From the NCBI GenBank assembly GCA_964016885.1, contig OZ024747.1:22320001-22384000 (forward strand): a stretch of 64,000 nucleotides of DNA, given 5' to 3'. Every line of letters begins with the position of its first letter. Within the stretch, counting starts at the first letter, position 1. Both the position numbers and the translations under genes were made by a program. The notes beneath the pieces are model-generated. The model was given only the letters and a program-made list of their open reading frames with translations, searched no databases and was not told where the DNA came from. Origin of the DNA: Eledone cirrhosa (Eukaryota). This document shows, one piece after another, positions 1 to 12,500 of this stretch.

Positions 1-349
1 GAGTACTGGGGATGATTTAGTTGGTTAACCCATCCTTTACATCTGAGTGTTTGTACTTATGATACAAATTAGTATTATGTAAATTTCACTTATGATGTTT
101 GAAGTTTTATGATGTTTGAAATCTTAAAATAGCCCAAACGTTTTCCATACTTAATTTTATTTTAACAATTTAATCAAAGGATTTTATTATCTTCTTTTAT
201 GTATATTTATAAAGGTGGAAAGGTTATGTCTCATTAAGGTGACATCTCATTTTAAAGTTGTATGGAGGACTCCAGTTGATATAATTTATTGGTGGAGGGG
301 GTAATATTTCATTTCATTAACATTCTAAAAAGTCTGTGACTAGTGATTA

Positions 350-590
350 CCTCATTTCATGTACTTTAACAGATGTGTAGGGGACTTCATTCCATGTTCT
401 TTAACAGATGTGTAGGGGACTCCATCTCACATACTTTACAATTGTGTAGGGGGAATTCATTTCATTTACTTTACAATTGTGTATGGGGAATTCATTTCAT
501 TTACTTTTACAGATTTGTAGAGGACTTTATTTCACATACTTTACAGATGTGTGTGGGGGAGGGGCTTCATTTCATGTTCATTAACTCTGT
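350..590. repeat. Degenerate ~36-bp tandem repeat, ~6-7 copies
   Basis: Recurring CATTTCAT..ACTTTACAGATGTGTAGGGGA. Confidence 0.75.
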
Positions 591-832
591 GTTTTTCTTC
601 CATGCTATGAACTTGTAATTAAAATGCTTTTCCTTTTGTAGAGAAACATATTCATTTTTTTTTCCTGACCAAATATAGGCTTTTCATCATAAAACACTGT
701 TCTGATACTATATTTAAAACACAAGATTAATTTGTACATATTTGTCTATATTTCATATTCTGTTTGTTTTTAGAATTTAGAGTAGGCATGGAATTAATGA
801 CACTTTGTTGAGATATAGATTCTAAATTTCAG

Positions 833-3800
833 GGTAAGAATATGCCTCCCAAAACAAAAGATCCAGGTCTTTGTGAGAAATCTTCAACAGTTGTGACAAA
901 AGAACAAAATTTGACAGGTTTTGACCATTCCATTCCAAATGGGTTTCATAGTTCAAATTCATCCAATACAGATAGCACTGAGGACCTTGAGGAGCATCCA
1001 TATAGTTTTTCCCAATCAAATCTGAATGAACAAATTATTACACCTCCTTCTACTCTATCTGATATCCATCAGTATGTGTCTGATCTTGACTGCTATTGCA
1101 GAAACTTTATTAAAGGATTTTGGGATCCTCTTAGTTGTAAATTTGCTCATCCTTCTAATATGAAATTGCTCAACCTTCGTGAAAGTTTAGAATCTGGTTT
1201 ACTCTATGGACCTAGTGTGAAGCTTTATCTGAGTCCCTCATCATCCATTAGTTTAGAGCAAGCTTTTCTATCAGGACAGGTTCACATTGATAATGGAAAC
1301 TTAACCGTTAGCAACAGTACTTTGCAATATTCTCTGACATCAGCATTCGAAGAAAAAATGATTTATTTGGAACACCCTGAAATAAAGGAATCAGAATTTT
1401 TACAGTTTCGTAGTAAAATTGGTCCTGCTTTATTTGACCTTATCAAGGCAGGATCTGTTACTGCAGCAACCAGACTATTAGATGTAGAAAAACAAGAATT
1501 TATTAATTTAGCCACTGGTAGTGAGAGAAATCTGTTTAATATTCAGAATGGGCAGATTCAGAACTCTTCATCAAAAAGATGGCTAAGCTGGAATGCAGCG
1601 TTGCATAAAGGCTTTATAGTTGACAAAATTGAAGCTTCTATTGCTGATCTGGTAAATGATGGAAATGTCGATAGTTCAAATGATTTGTTTAAAGAAACTA
1701 CCACAGGAAAATGGTTTACATTGGATGAGATGATCAGTTTTCAATATTTGAATTTATATTCTAAAGAAGTTGTCAATACAAAATCCAAACAAATTCTTCC
1801 AATAAAAGAAGCTTTCTGTGAAAATATTCTTCATTCAAATACTGGTGGATGTTTTTATCTTGATCTGGATAAGAATAGACAACTAACTATCACAGAAGCT
1901 GTAAACAAAGGATTTTTGATTTCACATAAACATAAACTTTTACTTCAAGAAGAAACTGAAAGCAATTCATCTAATCTAATTTTGAATTCCAATATTACAG
2001 CTGATAGTATTCAGTTTAACTCTGATAAAAGTACTATATCACCATCTCTACAAAGAAGGGCATCACTGCCAACTCTTCCTTCCAAGAAAAAAGCATCAGT
2101 ATCCACTCTTAGACGAGAAAGTCTGTCTTCATATACTCCTCTTTTGGCAGAAAATGCTGACTGTTCAGTGACATTAGATGAAGCTATTCTTACTGGCTTA
2201 TACAACCCATTAAAAAATACTGTTACCTACCCATCAAAGGAATCTGTTCTCTTATCAACTGCTGTAGATGATGGATTTATAAGAATGGAATCTCTAGTTA
2301 GAGACCCTGTTAGTTGGGATGTAATGATTCTTAGTGAAGCTATATCCAAACGTCTTATTGATGTCGATTCTGGCAAAATGATGGATGCTCAAAGTCAAGC
2401 TATTGCTTTGAACTTTGCTCTTGAGAAGGGGTTGATTGTAAGATGCCGTACCCCATTAAAATTATCTCTCACTGAAATGTTTGACGAACTGTTTGATGAA
2501 GACACTAATCTCTTTTTAAATCCAGACACAAATGAAGTAATTTCATTTTCTGATGCAGTCAACATAGGATTGATTGATACAGATCTGATACGTCTGCGGA
2601 ATGATGCTGGTGAAGCTTGTACTTTTAGTTCTGCTGTAGAAACTAAATTGTTTGATGTAGACAGGTCAGTGTTATACTTCCAAGGGACTGAATATTCTTT
2701 GATTGATGCTGTAGAGAAAGGGTTAATTATTGATATCTCTTCACAACCCGGTCTGACACTTCAGGAAGCATTTGAAGGGGGAATTTATGATCCTTCTAAA
2801 AAGAGATTTGTTGATCCTTCTTCTTCACTCCCAAATACATTTATAAATGCATTAGAGTTTGGATTGTTGGACAAAAATTCTATTACTGTTAGAGATGTAA
2901 ATTCTCAAACTCTTCTAACTGTGAGTGGTGGAATTCTACAGGGGCTTATAAGTTCTACAGATGGGTCATACATTACTCCTTCAAAAAGCTATTCTCTTGA
3001 AGAGGCAATACGCAAAGGTTTAATCCTTCAAGATAAAGGTACATCAGAAATTACTCCTATAGAAGCTGTCAAACTTGGTATCTATAATCCAACATCATGT
3101 CAATTTATGAATCCAAAATCTGGAAAGACTGAAAATTTGCAAGAAGCTGTGAACAGTGGTTTGTTAATAATTGACCAAATTACTATTAAACATGAAAATA
3201 GTTATCTAACTTTTGATGAGGCTGTTAAAAAAGGAATTTTAAATGTTGAAGATATTAAAATTAGTTCTAATGGTAATGATCTTGACTTAAAAGATGCTGT
3301 TAATGCTGGAATTGTCAGACTTGCCACAGACCAGTCTGCTGTTGGTCTCGTCACTGCAATTCAAGCTGGCCTCTTTGATCAGGAATTAAAGAATGTCATT
3401 GATCCAATATCAGGAAAACAAATTAGTATTCAAGATGCTATTGACATTGGGTTGATTAATTCAAAGCAAACATTAGTGAAAAAATCTAGCAATGAATCTG
3501 TTTTACCATTACACCAAGCCATTGATCAAGGATGGTTTGACAGTATTACAGGGACTCTTTGTAATTCTGAGGGATCCAACCTTGATCTTCCTACTGCACT
3601 CAGTAATAATCTTATATCAGATATCTCAAAAGATATGAGTCTGAATGAGGCTATTGAACTGGGACTATACCAAGAGAACACTAATTCAATTTACAATGTC
3701 TACACACAAACGTTCATTCCATTAATAGATGCAATCGAATCTCATGTCTTATCCGACAAAGATTGTTTTCTGTTCCCTGATCACCCCAAACCTCTATCTC

Positions 3801-6800
3801 TTCAGCAAGCAATAGAAAAAAATGTTTTAGACTCTTCCGGTAAATTTATGTTTCAAAATAGAAGCTATACTCTTACTGAAGGATTAAAAACTCAGAAAAT
3901 CTTACCTTGCAATAATCTAAATAGCAATCATATTTTGGAATCACCTCAACTTTGCAGAAATCTTGAAACAGGTTTTTTAAAAGAACCATTAGTATGGGAT
4001 GTTCATTTGAAATGTTACACTCCTTTTAAAACTGCAGTTAATAAAAGAATTTTAAATCCTGAAAATTTTGCATTATCTTTTCCTGGAAACCACCATCTTT
4101 CTTATGAAGAAGCATTGGAAGCTTGTTATATCATTGATGCAGAAAAACCGAAACTCAGCTTAAAAGCAGCTTATGAATATGGAATATTTGATTCTCAGAG
4201 GCAGATGTTTTGGGATCCTAGAATAGAGGATTATAAAAATTTAACTGATTCTTTATCAAGTAATCTAATTGATGGACAAACTTCTTTGATTAAACATCCT
4301 GAAAATGGATCTGTACTTACTCTCTATGAAGCTTTAGAAAAGGGGGTGATTAGTAGTAAGACTACTTCAGTCCTAAATAAATCTAAAAAGACAAGGATTT
4401 CTTTGGAAAAAGCTGTAAAATCTGGATCTATATTTACTGTTTCAGACCAACAATTTGGCTTGGAAAAAGCAGTAACAATGAAACTCTTTGATTCCAACTC
4501 TGGCCATATGTTGAACACTTTGACTGGGAAAAGACAGACATTAAAAGAATCTATTGATGCAGGCTTTATAAATATCGACAATACATATCTTTTAGCAGAC
4601 AACAAACAACCTTTGCTATTGCCTACTATATTAGAGGAAGACATGTTTGACCTAACAACAGGATCTGTTAATCAATCTAACACCCAATTAACTTTGCAAG
4701 ATGCAGTGTCGAAAGGAATTATATTTGATAATTTAAAACCTTCAGAATTGAGTAATGAATTGGAAAAAACTCGAGAAACATTTCCTGGTGTAATTTCAAA
4801 TGGTAATGTATTTGATGATGCACATAGTGTTATACCAAATAATTCTCCAAATGCTCCAGAAACCTCTACTAAAGTATCTATTCCAATATCAAATGATAGT
4901 TTACCAAGCCCTACTCGAACCTTACGTGGTATATCTACAGGTGAACAGAATCCATTAATAGATAACAGCTCACCACATTCTCAAGAAAGTTTGCAAAATA
5001 AGCCTTATAATGTGCAAACTCTTTTGTTGAATGATAATTTACAAAGTGATTCAGAATCCTTGCAGGATGCAACTTCTAAAAATGCTGTGTCAAATAATCC
5101 AAAATCTATGGCATTTCCTAGATCACAGCCTTGTGAAATCCTCTCCAAAGAAAATACAGTTAATAATCCAGTATCCCCAGCATTAAAAGGTATTTTTGAC
5201 TCACAGAAAACCTCACTGGATTCTACTATTACTGACATCACAGTTGATGTAAAATATACTGATTTAGAGAACTCATCAGCTAATGTACAGGAATGTTTAC
5301 AGAATCCACCTTCTAAAGGAATTGCATTAAATAATAAAGATTTTATGACCCATCCTAAAAATCCTCTAGAGAGTCAAGAAACTATGCAAGATGCCGCATC
5401 TAAAGAAATTAAATTTAACCAGTCACACTCTTCATTACTACCAAGTAATTCCCTAAAAGATCAACTGCAGCAACACACAGTTCCAATAAGAGCTGGATCA
5501 AATGAAAACAAATCTACTAGACTCCCCAATTGTGCACCAAGAAACCAAGAAAATCAGTATGATAAGCCTTCTGAAGGAATCGAATTTAATAAGGATACTT
5601 ACCAAAAAGATCAAGAAACTGGCAAGAAATCAAATCCAATGCCAGATAATCCTCGTAAGGCAGAATTTACAGTATTGCCTAACTCTGTCCCCCAAAATCA
5701 AGAATTTGTACAGATGACAGCTTCCAGAGGACTTGTATTTAACAAGGGAGAAACTCTTTCTGATAGTTCTTTGAATAATGAGCAAACACAAAACTCATCT
5801 CTTAAAGAAACCGATTCTGATGACACAAAATGTATAACACCACCTGATAGTTCATTAGGGATACCTGAAGATTCCCAGGTTGTAACTTCCAAAGGAACTG
5901 TCTTTAATAAGGCACAATCTACATCACTGTCTGTTAATCCCCTAAACGATCAGCTAACTATGCATGACACAGTTGTAGGATCTGTATCTGATAAAGTAGA
6001 ATTTACAGAGACGTCTAATAGTTCTCCAAGAGGTCATCAAACTTTACAAGATACATCTCCGATAAGAACTCTCTCTGATAAGATAGAATATACAGATGTA
6101 CCTGCTCCTCCTCTCCAAGACTCTGCTCCTGTTAGGACTGTGTATGATATGACCAAACACACAGAAGGGTCTGATACTTGCTTCAGAAGACAAGAATTTC
6201 TTACACTTTATAAAGAAATTATAGTTAACAAAGCAGGCTCTAGAATGCCGTTTAATGACCTAAAAGAGAAAGAAACCTTACAGGATGGACTTTGTAACAA
6301 AAATAAATTTAATAAAGAGGAATCTACAACACTGCCTTGTGGTTCTAGTTCCATTAGGAGCCAAGGAAGTTTACAGCATACAACATCCATAGGAACCATT
6401 TCTGATAAAGCTGAATCTACAACATTGTCTGATAATCTCTTAAGAGATGAGAAGAGTCAAAAAGAAGTCATTTCCAATAGAATTTTATTCAACAATGAAG
6501 GTTTTGCTGAACCAAATAACTTTGCTATTACTAACAATAAGAAAATGATTTCTGATGAAGAGGTAAATTCTAAAAGTACATTAACTTTGCAAGAAATGAA
6601 GCCAGAATTGGGCAGTTTGTCTTTAACTAAAAATTCTTCGGCATCTGAAGAAATGGTTCTTACTAAAGTACAAAAATTCATACCACAGAATATCTCAATT
6701 TCTACTGAAATTCCAGATACCCAAATTTCTTCTAGCAAACCAACAGAACAACCATTACAAAGTCCGATACTTCTTTATAACCCAGAGCTCTCTCAACTGA

Positions 6801-8422
6801 TGCTACCATTGACTTTGAAGTGTTCTAAACCTGAATTAACTTTGAATGATTTCCTTGATAAAGGTTTGTATGAGCCTAATAAAGGAGTTTTAATAGACCC
6901 TAATACTCGTAACTTTATGACAATATTGGATGCTTTGAAACAAGAACTTTTAAATCCTTTAGCTGATGAAATTGTGTGCCCTCAGACTCTGGAAACTATA
7001 AATATTCTTGTAGCCAATTCAATTGGCCTTCTATCTTTAGAGAAAGGTACATTTAAGCATCCTGTCTCTAATGAAATCATGAATCTTTATGATGCCAAAA
7101 AGAAAGGGTGGATTACAAAGGAAGATAAAAGTTTAAAGAGTGAAAACCCTGAGCTTAGCAGTTCTTCAAATTCAGATACCTCTGTAGTTGAGAAAACTAA
7201 GGCTTATTCTGAGTTGAATAATCCTGAGCTAGAAAATATGAAACTGGAAGAGGCTTTCGCCTCTGGAATGTTAAGTCGATCAAATTCTCAAGTTATTGAT
7301 CCTGATACTGTGCAGTCAATTACTCTAAGGAAAGCTGCTAGTTTAGGTCTTATTGATATCAAAACTGGTATTTTTAAAAACCCACAAACAGGACAATGCA
7401 TGAGTTTGGCTGAAGCCCTTCACCAAGGTTTCATCATCAGCCCTAGTGGACTGACCTTATACAGTGCTGTTGATCAGGCCCTTTATAATAAAGATCTTGG
7501 TCTTTTCTGTGATCTCTGCTCTGGAAAGAACAATGATCTTTCTACTGTTATAGAAAATGGATTGATCAATCCTAACTGCAATGAAATTCGAGACCTCCGT
7601 CAAGATTCTATCATAAATCTTCGAGAAGCTATCAATCGTGGTATAATTGATCCTCATAAGGGAACTTACATTACTCCAGGAGATCACAAAAAGCTTGACT
7701 TTATTGAAGCAATAGCTGCTGGATTAATTGTTAGCAATAGTACACGAGAAGGATTAAAAGATTCTAATAATGCAGACTACTCAGAGACAAACTCGTTAGA
7801 AGCAGAACCAATTATTTCAACTGATTCAAATCAACCTTTGGTAACTCCTGAGGATGCTAAACCTAATGTGGAATATAGTCTACCAGTCTCTCAGAAACCT
7901 CTTGAAATTGTTTCTAACATAGATAATGAGGATAAGCAACTTCCTGATAATAGTTTCTTACATACAGAAAAGGATACAGCAGAACCATCTTATTCTACAG
8001 AACCTTTAAAACAAACTTTAGATATCTTGCATAAAGAAGAAATAAATCCCAAATTTAAGAAACCAGTAAATGATCCTACAAAAGAGGCAGTACAATTAGC
8101 CCTTCCCTATAATACACCACAAAGTGAACTGTCTTCGCCTTTGTCACTGGGGTCATCTGACACATTTGAAACTGCTGCTCCATCTGACATGCAGTCCTCT
8201 ACTGATTTGATAAGAGATAAAAGGAAAAGTAACCAAGTCTTATTTACTGATAAACTTCAACCTGAACCAATACAACTAACAGATTCTAAGCAAACTATCA
8301 GCAATAATGAATCCGACATATTGTCAAATATGAAGGAAAACAATGTATTCCTGAGAGAGAAAAAAGATGTGAAGCCACGACCTAATTCTTGGAATCAGTT
8401 TTGGCAACAGTCTAGCTGTAAG
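833..8422 (+). CDS. MACF1: Exon 1: giant plectin/plakin-repeat exon (ORF 842..8452)
   Basis: 2536-aa ORF with many (L/I)(S/T)LxEAIxxGL(I/Y)DxxTGxxxxPxxG repeats at ~2160-4730 and ~6830-7740. Donor AAG|GTATGG at 8422/8423 is phase 0 and matches the next exon. The 5' boundary is uncertain (acceptor TTTCAG at 832, or ATG at 842). Confidence 0.9.
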
Positions 8423-9500
8423 GTATGGTTCTCCTTGGAATGGACTTGTTGAAGGCTTTCATGATGTGATTTTGCTTCATGTTTCTGAACTAACCTACTG
8501 AGAATTCCTGTACTAACATTATGTACAGGTGCAATGAGCCTGGTTTGTGAAGCAAGAGCAGTTAGTTGAATTCCAGCAACAATATATCGATGGCCATTTT
8601 GTTGACTTGCCCTCATGAGACCTGTCTGAATATTGTTTTACTAATGCTTTCAAAGCATCAATATATAGTTTACTGACTTAATTTTTACTGATTGCTGCTT
8701 AGATTTCTTTTATCATATTTGTTCTAATTTTTCTGAAACCTTATATATTTATACATATATAATCTTTTTCTTTCCTATCTATCTCTCAATCTATTTATCT
8801 CTAGCATGTTAATTCATTTTATTCCCATCGTTGATGGATATCTGTGTTAATATATGTGCTTTGAGTGGAAGTTTTTAAAAGCATGTCTACATCTTGCTCA
8901 TATCAAAATATCAACAGTACATGTTAATCACCCCAGTACCTTATTTACTTATAATTATATTTTAGTATTCAAAAAGATTTTTTTTTTACATTTTCATAAA
9001 ACATTTTGGTGATATAATAGCTATTAGTGTTAGCTTTCAGTTTAGAATATCTGTTTGGCAATTGTTTTATAGCTAGTATGCAACAAACACCAAATTATGT
9101 CATTTTCAATCATTACATATTTGTTTTTCACAAAAAGTTCTTATCATTTCATTTAACCATTTCACAATTTTATAATCAACATTCTATATGCTGGAGCAAT
9201 TCTTAAATTGTGTTTCTCACAAACTTATTAATTTATATATTTTATGTTATTTTATTATACTTGAAATATGAAAACAAAAGAAAATATGAGAATATTTTCT
9301 TGGGAATTTCTTTCACTTTTCTTCATTTTAAAGTTATGAACGCCACTGAACTATGTTACACCTTCATACCTTATAACTGAATTCAGACAAATATATTTCA
9401 AACGACTGATTTTTTTTTTTTCACCCCTTTTCTTTTTAATTTTTCACATTTCAACAGATACCTATTATTAGAGAATTGGCAAAAATCAAGATTTTTATTT

Positions 9501-9555
<55 letters not shown>

Positions 9556-12500
9556 TTGAATAAATGAACTAAAACCAATATTCTATTGCCAAGATAACAA
9601 TCTTACTTTTGATATGAACTTGATGCAGTTTTCTTTCCATTTTCATTCTGTTTTTGCATGCGTGTGTTTGTGTTTGTGTGTGTGACATTTCTGATAATTT
9701 TTTTTAAAGGGATTTTTTTTTCATTTTAAACTATATTCTCATTTTTTTTTTTAACCATCCTTTTTTTTTATATTTCTTAATTTCATTTAATATATCTTTG
9801 TGTGAGTGTGTTTTGTTGCTGTTGTTGTTAAAATAATGGATTTTTATATTGTTAACGAATTTCAAAACAATTCATTCAAGTTTTTCTTTGCTTGTTTGAA
9901 ATAACTTTGAAATATAATGCAACATCTTAAATCAATATGAAGTTACAAACTTCATTTTGAGATGTAAAATCCACTTCCAACACACTTTTCTGTACACCCC
10001 ACTGATTTTCTCCCCCTATTTAACAATGAAAGCTTTTGTTTTACAAGTTGTAAATGAAGAAATTGGATATCAAATTTAAAAATCTTTTAATAACTCTTTG
10101 TTAGGTTGGTGCCTTTTTATTTTAATTTCTCATAAATAATTATCTTGCTTTAGTATGCTTTTGTTTTTAATTAATGTTTTATTTTAACCTGTAGAACAGT
10201 ATTTTTCTTGAATTTGCTGTTTTGTAGGTGTAACACTTAGCTTTAGTCCCCTCGCATGCATACAGCTAGAGATGTAGACAGAGCATGGAAATAAACGATA
10301 GTTTCTTAATTCAAATATGCCTTTATCTATCATTATCATATTTATTTACCTTTGTAGAGAATCCATTCAATTACTCTTTATTTTTCTCTTTAATTTGTCT
10401 GAAAATAGTTAAACAGTGACATTTATTTCAAACTTATTTCTAGTGTTTTATTTTTAATATTTCATTTCTAAGTATAAAAACACAACAAATTATTTTATGC
10501 TTTTGAGATTAAAGAGTATGGTTAATTGATAAGAATGGCGCAATGTTTGACGCCTTTACAGTATTTAGCTTTCACCTCTTTACATTTAGGTTTCAATACC
10601 TCTGTGTATTATTAGCTTTGCCTTTTCTCAGTCTAAAGTCAATAAAATTTGTATCAACAGTATACTAACACCAAATTAGTCAATTAGATTTCTTCCTTGC
10701 AATAACTGTTTTTCAACTTGTTGAAAAGTAAGCAATAATGGGTACAAATGTGGACATTAGTTCACTACCTACCACTTACTTTTCAAATGTTAAAGATGGT
10801 ATGAAGAATCAGCAGTGGTGTGTAGTTGTCACAAGGTGTGTAGTTATTCTGTTGAACTTTATACTCTGGCATAAGTATATGCATACAAAATTTTAGGCTG
10901 CTTCTATACATAATTGTTTCTACTTTTATCCCAGTACATTACTGGTACTTTATTTTATCAACCCCGTAAGGATGAAAGGCAAAGTTAACCTCGGCGGGAT
11001 TTGAACTCAGATCATAAAGGGCCGTAACTCTTTGCTGCAAAGCATGGCGTCCGACTTCTATACATAATGCAACTTAAACCTGATTAATCTTTCCTTCTCA
11101 GTGCATATTAGATTTGAAAGCTAATTAGGCCCAGCTCATATCATGATACTGCAAAAACAGAATTATTATATAGAAACATTTACTGTTTTTGATGGGTATG
11201 TGATGCTCTGGGAATCAGCTACTATTTTGAGGGCTAAATAAAGTTATAGAATCAAAAGGATAGGAAGCCTTAAAATGCAAAATGCTTTGAATAGAATATT
11301 CCAATTTGTGTTTTATCCTTAAATCTTTCTCAGCTTGAACTATTTTTTTAATTTAGCCAATGATCAAAAATTTAAATTAGAAGTATTGAATAAGATTTAA
11401 ATAGATTGTCTTTAATGACTTTGAGGAGAGCTCTTGATATAGCACCTTATTTGCCCTTTTCATAGCAAACCACCTGAAACTGCACATGGTTCTATGATAT
11501 GAAAGTGTTTATATTCATATAAAAACCTTTCATCATAATTTTATATAAGAACTTTTGTTATGTTCCAAATACCAGCTTAATAATGAGAAGCTTAATTATT
11601 TTACTAAATCTCTCTAAATTCCTGACTAATTTCAAAATGATCTGAAAATCATAGGCAGTGTTTTTCATTTGAAATATGGTAACAAAAGGGTTAACCATGC
11701 TGCTTCAAAATTATTTGTTGGGCCTGTCTCATGTTATTCTAGGAAAGCAGTGCATTCGATTTTTGGGTTTTAACAATGGAACATTAACAAATCTAAACCA
11801 GAAATAAATATGCAATAGACATGTATATGCTGTAGATATATATATGCAGCAGAGTAACATGTCTATACAGTAGATAAAATATACATATATTAGTTATTGA
11901 CTAATTCTATTTTTCATTTTATGGCAAGTATGGGAGATAATTATAAAATTGTTTGTTTTTGTTTTGTTCTCTGGCTTTTTCAATAAATTATAACCTCATC
12001 TAAATTTTTGTTTTACTCATTTCTTAACATAAACTATATTTCAGTTTTATACTTATACAAGAAAGAGTTCAAGATATTTGCTTTTTTTAATTTGTTTGGT
12101 GTTTTGCTTGATTCCCTTTTTAATAGTTCTTTTATAATAATTCCACTACAGAAATATGTTTGCTGATATTGAAATAGTTTCTAAGTTAAGAGTTCATTCC
12201 ATTCCTAATACTGACATTGTATCAAGCTTTGAGAATCAACAGGGCAAAAACTAACTATATAGTGACATTTATATCTCATCTCAAGGCCTAATATAATTAA
12301 TTTTAATTAGGTACCACATAGTGGACTGGCATACTATTGTAAGTAGTGTAAATTTCCTGAATGTTTATATTAGCTCACAGTGCTATGTTCAGATCTCCCT
12401 GTTGATCTGCCTTCAATTTATGTTACGCAACTTTAATGGAATCAAAGGAATAAAAAAGACTACTTGTAAAATAAGTATCACCGTTTCACTAAACTATGCC

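Noticed and set aside
842-8452. Giant ORF as an independent intronless gene
   Set aside because: It has an in-phase donor joining it to the spectrin-repeat exons, and plectin repeats are a known part of spectraplakins. A stand-alone isoform is kept only as a hypothesis.
10200-10300. Possible extra exon after TTTTGTAG at 10227
   Set aside because: The phase-0 frame stops after one codon (GTG TAA) and no good donor follows.
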